Of a stretch of DNA of 61,260 bases, positions 51,186 through 61,260 are shown piece after piece; positions within the stretch are counted from its first letter, which is position 1, and every line of letters starts with the position of its first letter. Position numbers and translations under genes: made by a program. The notes beneath the pieces are model-generated. The model was given only the letters and a program-made list of their open reading frames with translations, was not told the origin of the DNA and ran no database searches. Source of the stretch: Octopus bimaculoides (taxonomy: Eukaryota); NCBI RefSeq assembly GCF_001194135.2, contig NC_068989.1, positions 52,597,487-52,658,746 on the forward strand, given 5' to 3'.

Positions 51186-51815
51186 GTAATATTTAAAAAA
51201 AACTTCACAAAGAGATTTGTCGTTGATAGTCATGTAGAATCATCAGCAGTGTCTAAGTTGAAACAAATAAATTAAGCTCAACTCAAATTTCTTGTAGAAT
51301 AAGTCAGAAATTTCTTTTCTTCTTTCATTTTATATCGTTTAACAGACAGTCAAACAAAAAAGACATTGCGAGTTCTTTTGGCACTTATAACACACAAAAA
51401 CATACTGACAATATTACGTCTGACATTCTTCACCTTCCTGCAACCTCAATGACTTTAACAAGCATCCGCTTGGTTCTTATTGTTTATTCGGCAAAAGAAA
51501 ATATCCAATACAACAATGTACATAGGAAGAATATCCAAAACAACAATGTACATAAGTGATACTCAGGATTAATAGCGCAGTAACTTCCCTGTCGACTATA
51601 TCTATACTCTGTATGTGATACATAGATTGTACTTCATATATATACAAAGTTATACATGATATGTATGTGTGTGGGGGCATGTATGTGCACTTGTGTTAGT
51701 ATATAGTACAATAGATAAAAAGTATACTGAGAACATCATGTAGATTAAGGGAAATACAAGTCTTGCTGACGCAGACTAACACCGGTATTTGTGGATACTA
51801 TGTTATCATCTAGAG

Positions 51816-51857
<42 letters not shown>

Positions 51858-52201
51858 NNNNNNNNNNNNNNNNNNNNNNNNNNNNNNNNNNNNNNNNNNN
51901 NNNNNNNNNNNNNNNNNNNNNNNNNNNNNNNNNNNNNNNNNNNNNNNNNNNNNNNNNNNNNNNNNNNNNNNNNNNNNNNNNNNNNNNNNNNNNNNNNNNN
52001 NNNNNNNNNNNNNNNNNNNNNNNNNNNNNNNNNNNNNNNNNNNNNNNNNNNNNNNNNNNNNNNNNNNNNNNNNNNNNNNNNNNNNNNNNNNNNNNNNNNN
52101 NNNNNNNNNNNNNNNNNNNNNNNNNNNNNATATATATATATATATATGCACGTACGTGAGTATGTATGTATGTATGTATGTATGTATGTGTGTAGACAGA
52201 T

Positions 52202-52250
<49 letters not shown>

Positions 52251-53004
52251 ATATGATGTCTTCTTTCCGTCAACCAAATACCACAAAGAATTCATTAGTA
52301 AACTTGCATCTAAAACTAAAATTATTACTATTGTACTGTCCAAACAATATTCTCTCATACTGCGCTGCATTTTTAATAATGCAACAGACGGTACTTGTCA
52401 GTACTCTATAATCTGCAACATTTCGATTGCAGCTGCTGGAAGACATCAGAGCCATACGAAAGACAAATAAATATATAAATGATGGACCAAATCCGAAACA
52501 TGAAAGAGATTATGCAAAACTATGTTAATTCATTTATGTTAGAGGCATCTCTATGACAGACCACTCGTGCCATAAAAATAATCCTAATTAATTCCTCCAA
52601 ATAAGAAGTAACATTAAACCATGTTATAAACCGTGTCTGTTTCGCCAGCATTTCTATACCGAATCTACTTTCTGCAAGAACATCCTCGTTTAAGAAGTAA
52701 ATACTTGACACTAAATTGTGAAAGTCATCTTTAGGAATATGCATGGTTTTGTCTTTGTTTAATTATGTAAAATATATCACTGTGTTGTTGCCATTATTGT
52801 GGCTGTAATTGTTTAGCATATAGCTGGTCCTAAATGGGCAGACTGATGCTCAATGACTTAAATATCGGAATTATCCTGTTATGTTATACTTGGGCAGTAT
52901 TTTCCAGTGAGACGCTCCATTTCAAAATGTGCTAGTATTTCTACTAGATAGGAAGACTACACAAAAATTCACTTGTTGCCTAATATCAGCGTTTGTATGT
53001 GTAA

Positions 53005-53070
53005 GCGCATGACAAAGGCGCATGACAAAAGTGCCTGACAAAGGCGCGTCAAAGAGGTGCATGATAGAGC
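53005..53070 (+). repeat. 13-bp minisatellite, about 5 diverged copies
   Basis: GCGCATGACAAAG GCGCATGACAAAA GTGCCTGACAAAG GCGCGTCAAAGAG GTGCATGATAGAG. Confidence 0.8.
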
Positions 53071-53726
53071 AGGGAAAAGGTTGATATATTGGTTAAAAGA
53101 TCCAAGATCTGGTTTCTGTACATGATACCTTGATCAGTTGTCGCCTCCAACAGCCCTGAATTGTGATTGGAATGTAGTAGACAGAAACTCTGCAGCAACC
53201 TATAGCTAAACCATGCCTGTGTTTCAAGGGGCCAGAATACCACATATTCTGTCATGGGGATTCTGACTGAGAATTACGTCATGTATACAGATGTGCAAAA
53301 CTTAGTCACACAATAGTACCTGTTAGACTGTATCTGAAAATCAAAGGATCAGGCTCGATACCCAATATGAAATGTTGATTCTATGGGAATATCATATTAG
53401 GCTACAAGTATTTGTGGAATAATGAGTTCTTTTCTCTGTATTTGTTGTAGTGAGGAGCCATAATTTTAATTGATGGAATTCCCAAAATGCGAGAAGCCAA
53501 GCCGATAACAAATGGGGATGTAATTTTTAAAGAAATCTGTGATAGGAATAACTTCAGGTGTCAATTAATCGTTGGTTAAATGTAAATATAGAACACCATT
53601 TCAAAACATAAAGTGGATCGATATTCTTGATGTAGACATTATCGAAACGAATTGTTGGCGAATGAAACAACTTATTGTACCAGTTGAATGACAGCGGTCC
53701 TTTACAGGTTGGAAAATGTGAATATG

Positions 53727-53782
<56 letters not shown>

Positions 53783-55732
53783 TTACACACAAACACGCAC
53801 ATACATACACACACATACATATAATGTACGCGTGTTTTGTATTGTACCTCTGTACATAGAAGTACACTACAAAACTGTATTTTACCTCTATGTGCAGAGG
53901 TTTTCTTTCGTTGGTTGTTTTTCGCAACATTTGGATGAGTGTTAGCCTTCAGTAACTTCCATGAAATTACTAAATTTTATATTGCTAAATCGAAATGGTA
54001 GTTCTTGATATAACTGGATGTTCTTTGTTCGCGTGTACCTCACCTAAAGTCGCATTATTTGGTCAAAACTACATATAAATCCTTGGCGTGATTTCTTGAA
54101 GTTGTAACTTACTGCAATTACAACTAGCTGGATCGTGGAGATAACATTAGTTGATAATAACACGTATCTTATGCTATTATCATTAAATACAGACAAGTCG
54201 CTAACCACGTTGCTAAGTAGATAGGTTGTTCAAAATTAGCTTGAAGTTTGAAGGCACCATCACATTATATATTCACTGCAGGAATGCGAAAGTAGTGATA
54301 TTAAAGGTATGCATCTTCAACCATGTCTTTTTTGGAATGCTAAAAATGCTCTGCAAGCTGGTGCATTATCTCGGTAAGCTATGAAAGAAATACTTAGTAG
54401 AGAAAATAGTCTGCATCTTTATAAGCATCTGAAGCGTCTTGAATCGTTATTGTGAATTTCAAATGTTTAAAGAAAGAAGTAGGCTGACAAGGTATATGCA
54501 AACATATTTGTGAAATTACGTTGACATATTGATATCTTTCGCACAACATACGTTTCCTACATCAATGGTCTTGGTTTTGGAACAATTTACGATGTTGTTA
54601 AGATGTTTTGGGGATGTTAAACAAAGATTTACGTTAGATGAATTCTTCCTTACATTCCCTTCGATATTCATTAAACAACTTCCGGCTACGAACTGTTTAA
54701 CAATACATAATTTCCTGCATAAAGGGCTTGTGAAATCCTGAAGCATAATCACAGAGTAAAAAAAAATATTCATCAACACTAAACGACCTTCATTGAATAT
54801 AACTTTACTCAAATATTTCCGATTAACACATGATCTTGAAGACTTAAAAATATTATGTCTGTTACTCTCGATAAATGAATATGTCAGGTATTCTGCCTGT
54901 AAAAATTGTAAAAGTGAATGCGTGACTCAATTTCTCACATTTTCTTTTTTCTTTCTTTCTTTTTTTTTTTTTTTTTTTTTTNNNNNNNNNNNNNNNNNNN
55001 NNNNNNNNNNNNNNNNNNNNNNNNNNNNNNNNNNNNNNNNNNNNNNNNNNNNNNNNNNNNNNNNNNNNNNNNNNNNNNNNNNNNNNNNNNNNNNNNNNNN
55101 NNNNNNNNNNNNNNNNNNNNNNNNNNNNNNNNNNNNNNNNNNNNNNNNNNNNNNNNNNNNNNNNNNNNNNNNNNNNNNNNNNNNNNNNNNNNNNNNNNNN
55201 NNNNNNNNNNNNNNNNNNNNNNNNNNNNNNNNNNNNNNNNNNNNNNNNNNNNNNNNNNNNNNNNNNNNNNNNNNNNNNNNNNNNNNNNNNNNNNNNNNNN
55301 NNNNNNNNNNNNNNNNNNNNNNNNNNNNNNNNNNNNNNNNNNNNNNNNNNNNNNNNNNNNNNNNNNNNNNNNNNNNNNNNNNNNNNNNNNNNNNNNNNNN
55401 NNNNNNNNNNNNNNNNNNNNNNNNNNNNNNNNNNNNNNNNNNNNNNNNNNNNNNNNNNNNNNNNNNNNNNNNNNNNNNNNNNNNNNNNNNNNNNNNNNNN
55501 NNNNNNNNNNNNNNNNNNNNNNNNNNNNNNNNNNNNNNNNNNNNNNNNNNNNNNNNNNNNNNNNNNNNNNNNNNNNNNNNNNNNNNNNNNNNNNNNNNNN
55601 NNNNNNNNNNNNNNNNNNNNNNNNNNNNNNNNNNNNNNNNNNNNNNNNNNNNNNNNNNNNNNNNNNNNNNNNNNNNNNNNNNNNNNNNNNNNNNNNNNNN
55701 NNNNNNNNNNNNNNNNNNNNNNNNNNNNNNNN

Positions 55733-55766
<34 letters not shown>

Positions 55767-56061
55767 TCTATATACAATTATATACATACTGTTATGGATT
55801 ACATGCACACACATATTTCTACATATACATGCAAATATAGATATATCTATAAAGTGAAACATGAGTATATATATACATAGGTGCATACGTGTACGCAAAT
55901 ACACATACCTACACACTCATGCGTAGACTATTATGAGTGAATGTACATAAATAGTTATATAAATATATACGTATATAACTATCAATACACATATATCTAT
56001 GCACACGTACACATATATAGGCATGCACAAATGTAATAATCCCCTTTACTATAGGCACAGC

Positions 56062-56250
56062 ACCTGAAAATTTGGGAGGGTGTTAGTGGATTAGGTCGAC
56101 ACCAGTACTCAACTGGTAGTTATTTTTTTCTTAATCCTGAAAGGATGAAAAGCAAAGTCGACTCCCAAGGAATTTGAACTCAGAACGTAAAGACGGACGA
56201 AATATTAAGCGTTTCGCCCGGCGTGCTAACGATTCTGCCAGCTCATCACA
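56062..56250 (-). mobile_element. SINE family A
   Basis: AAATTTGGGAGG..GAAAGGATGAAAAGCAAAGTCGAC..GGCGTGCTAACGATTCTGCCAGCTCA. Confidence 0.85.
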
Positions 56251-56838
56251 TTAATAATAATGAGGATGAGGAGGAGGATGATGATGATGATGATAATGAT
56301 AATAATAATAATTATAAATAATAATAATAATAAATGTCCCGATGCAGTACTAGGTAAAGGCTCTCGCGGCTTCTCATCATAAATGATTGGAAGTGTTATC
56401 ATGTACAGTAACTATTATGCTCAAGTTACAGATATGCTTGTCACTTGGTTAACCTTAACCAGTTCAACACATCCATTGGTAACTGACAATATGGACATCC
56501 CTGATCATGGGCAAAAGTAGTGGGGGAACATCAGAGCCATATGCTTGGAGTAATTCTTTGTGGTTTAAATAATTCACTTTTGGAGACATAGGTGTTTCGC
56601 TCATTATCCTTAAACAAACCTTATTCATAGGCTTTTGAATGGGATGGGCTACTCGGCTTGAAGAGAATTCTCACTAGGCTCCACCTGCAAGGTCATGCGC
56701 TGTTTATCTTAATGTGAGGCCACAATGTCGCGCATTTATGGTTGTGATACATGTACCTGGTGGTCACTTATCAAACGGGTAGTCATGTTGGGTATATTAG
56801 ACTTCGAATATTTGTTGGCACGTATTCCTCTCTCACTC

Positions 56839-56895
<57 letters not shown>

Positions 56896-57611
56896 CATCT
56901 ACTATATAACGCTTTCGTTCCCTCTACCTCTTTCTTTTCTTTCTCTGTTAGCTTTCTCTTCACTCTACATGTGTACACCCAACACCACATCTACAAATAT
57001 GCACACAGGCATACATACACACAATAAAGACACATGATTAACGCATATGCATGATGGTATTTGGAATATGCATACACATAATCATTCTCATTATAAGTAG
57101 CTAACTGTAACTTTATTGTTGTGGAAAGAAGGCACAAAATAGAAGTAGAAAAGTTTGCACGAACATAGTCGCATATATATGTACATGTATACGTGCATAC
57201 AAACACACACACGATATACATATACACAAACATACACACGCACTCATATACATGAGGACATACACAAATGCATACATACATACTAACACATACATATGTG
57301 GATATTTTCACACATTGCTCCATAATGCATACTTATATATGCGCACAAATGCAGGCATATAGACATGCATATATATACCTACACACACGCACACACATCA
57401 CACAGGTGATAGGCATATAATTATGCACACATATTACGCCTATAAGATATTAATATGAACTCATATATATTCACAAGTGTGCATAAATAAATAAATGATT
57501 GTACAGATATTTAAACACCTAACAGCATGTATATACACGTAGTGTGCTTTTGTACACATGTGCACACGCGCATAAATGTATATAGCATAGCAACAGCGGT
57601 AGCATAAGCAT

Positions 57612-57670
<59 letters not shown>

Positions 57671-57769
57671 AAGATAATTAAATTAAGACGTAGAATATAA
57701 CTGGCAGACAAATTATATAAATATATTTAAATATATGTACGCGCGTGTGTGTGTAAGCATGTGTGTGTG

Positions 57770-57812
<43 letters not shown>

Positions 57813-57829
57813 AANNNNNNNNNNTTATT

Positions 57830-58260
57830 CAGTTTATTTCAAGATTTCTTGCCAATAAAGAAAGAACCGGTTTCTAACCTAGATCCAAGATTCCCTAATT
57901 GGAATTTCAGCATCAAAAACAGGGTATTTTTCTTTGAATGTATGTATGTATGTATGTATGTATGTATGTATGCATGTATGTATGTATGTGCAGATTTGGA
58001 TGCTTTATGTATGTATTTTCATGCATATAGTTACATATCTAGACATGCTCATAAATATGTAAATGATAAACTTTTGGAAAGTTTTACAAATTTTTACAGT
58101 TCCAGTAATGGACTGGATCTGTAGTCTTTGAATTAGCTTTCACCTTTCTGGTTTTGAGAAGCCTAATTTCTTAAGATTGGTATTTAGGCAGTGTGTTACA
58201 TATCTCAGGGCCCTAATAATTACAGGCATAAACCTGAACTTGCAATCTGGATAGAGTATG
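57830..58260 (-). mobile_element. RLE-type non-LTR retrotransposon C-terminus and 3' UTR
   Basis: ILYPDCKFRFMPVIIRALRYVTHCLNTNLKKLGF..LQIQSITGTVKICKTF, split by a (TATG)n tract. Confidence 0.7.
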
Positions 58261-58284
58261 CGTGTATGTGTGTATGTATGCATG

Positions 58285-58318
<34 letters not shown>

Positions 58319-58439
58319 TGTATGTATGCATGTATTTAGTTGTCTGTATAGGTATTTACGTTCTCTTCTGATTATAATTATTTCAATTCTTCCTTTGAGG
58401 AAGGAGCTGCTTTCTATCGTTGAAATGTAGATAACAAAA

Positions 58440-58920
58440 CTAGTTTCACGTTTTAAACTTGAGAAAACACTTGCACATTTTTATTGTTCCGCTTGCAAAT
58501 CGTTTTATGCCAGTTAGTCACTTGATTTCTCTTTCTGGAAACCCTAGTTTATCAGACTGTCATCTAGGCTTCTACTCACAAAACCAGATGTACAAATTAT
58601 TATTGGTATGAACCTGAGTTTATAATCTGGGTATAGAAGCTGGAGGTTTCAAAAAAGTTGTCAATGATTGTCTTCCTTCTCTTAGATTTCCAAAGAGATA
58701 TTCACATCAGCAGAACAGCTGATCTCTATAACATTACATACATTTTCTTGCCTGTCCTAAACAACAATATCCAGTGTGTTATGGTTGCACTTGACAGAGG
58801 TTTCCACGCGAATGTTCCACTAGTATTCCTTGTGTTGATGTTTATGTATGTATTCAATAACAGGTGGATTATATTTATTCTAGTGTTGTCATTTTTCACG
58901 GATGATATTGTATACTGTAT
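58440..58920 (-). mobile_element. RLE endonuclease fragment of the same non-LTR family
   Basis: WNIRVETSVKCNHNTLDIVV.DRQENVCNVIEISCSADVNI..EKEDN..LQLLYPDY..FIPIII..LGF: a decayed PD..(D/E) RLE motif. Confidence 0.72.
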
Positions 58921-59084
58921 TTTGCAATAGCGTCACATCGCACAAGGAAGCATAACCCCCGCTCGAATACTCCGGAAGGTACTCGAAAAATACGAGGTGT
59001 TACTTTAGTTCACTGGTAGTGAACAGCTGACACCATAGTACATCTCCAGCGTTAGAAGCTGTGCAAAAGCAATAATAATAATAA

Positions 59085-60273
<1,189 letters not shown>

Positions 60274-60361
60274 TATTGGCCACAATGGCCAAAACATTGA
60301 GGACGATACAAAAACGAAATACAACGTAAAAATGTGTTCACATCAAGTAAATGTAAGTCAA

Positions 60362-60400
<39 letters not shown>

Positions 60401-60422
60401 GTGATGGTGATGGTGATGATGG

Positions 60423-60460
<38 letters not shown>

Positions 60461-61260
60461 TTGAGGAGGAGGAGGAGGAGGAGGAGGAGGAGGGGCATAA
60501 TCAATACGCCGATTTAAATACTTTCATCACAACACCCAATATTATGTAAACATTAATGAAAATACCCAAAACCATTTCTGATATCGTAATTTTGTTACAG
60601 AGAATTGGCAACAATGGTTAATGGTATTAAGTCCACATAAAAAAAAATCACTATTTCTTCATTGGATTAGCCACTTGTCAGCTTGTGTATTTGTATTGGA
60701 TATTATAATTTTTTTATTAATATTACTCGTATTTTCTTTTTGACTCTTATTTACATTAGCTTCTATATGGACTATAGGAGTTTTTGCTTTCTAAATTCTG
60801 TAATATTGAGAATATATACATTACAATTAAAAAGCAACAAGGCTCTGCGATTAACTAGTGTAGCTCGGGATATATTCCCCAGTGCAGGACTTGAATTACG
60901 ATTCTGTATAAAGTCGTGATTTTGACTACCTTACAAAGATTAGTGTCATTGTACTGAATGCCTCACCGTATGCATTTGCATTCATTCATAGAGACATACG
61001 TGCATACATAGGTGCTTCAAGACGTCTACAAAGTACAAAGATATCAGGCCTGAAGCAGTTATTTTCGAGAGAAAAGAAAAGTCAGATACAGTCATTCAGC
61101 TAAGCTGTTCTGAAGGTTTGGATTGGTCTTCCAAAATTAAGGAGGAAAATATCACTATAAGCCAAGGGGTTCAAAACCCAAAACGCTTCTACTATGATTA
61201 TACACTTACAATGATACCAATTCTCCTTGGCGCATTCGGATATGTTTGTAAATTTGTCGC

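Noticed and set aside
54282-54740. Small exon-like segments (25 nt at 54282-54306 on +; 84 nt near 54655-54738 on -)
   Set aside because: The splice-like words lie on opposite strands with unrecognisable peptides, and cannot be distinguished from chance without RNA data.
56580-56625. Hammerhead-like GAAAC-ACCTAT-GTC on the minus strand within an unclassified repeat (about 56335-56830)
   Set aside because: The upstream core reads TAATGA with no helix II, so it does not satisfy the motif.

Overview
Repeat-dense, AT-rich animal genomic DNA with 13 N-gaps, most of them flanked by microsatellites. The SINE, LINE and microsatellite make-up resembles an Octopus assembly (inference, not verified). 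I can support no host protein-coding gene, rRNA, intact tRNA or CRISPR array. The long ORFs in the track are artefacts of N-runs and microsatellites. The recognisable content is decayed mobile DNA: Penelope-like elements (PLEs) of at least two lineages, RLE-type (R4/Dong-like) and RTE LINE fragments, three mariner remnants and three tRNA-derived SINE families. The most interesting signal is one PLE family whose pseudo-LTR (pLTR) combines a tRNA-like Pol III head (A/B boxes), a variable microsatellite and a minimal hammerhead ribozyme. It occurs as two head-to-head inverted pLTR pairs, each bounded by an exact target-site duplication: 8127-9746 with no visible ORF, and 27556-28940 enclosing an RT/GIY-YIG remnant. 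An unrelated hammerhead with a fully canonical core lies at 50757-50856 (-). All structure calls were made by eye, without folding software or database searches, and most TE boundaries are approximate.
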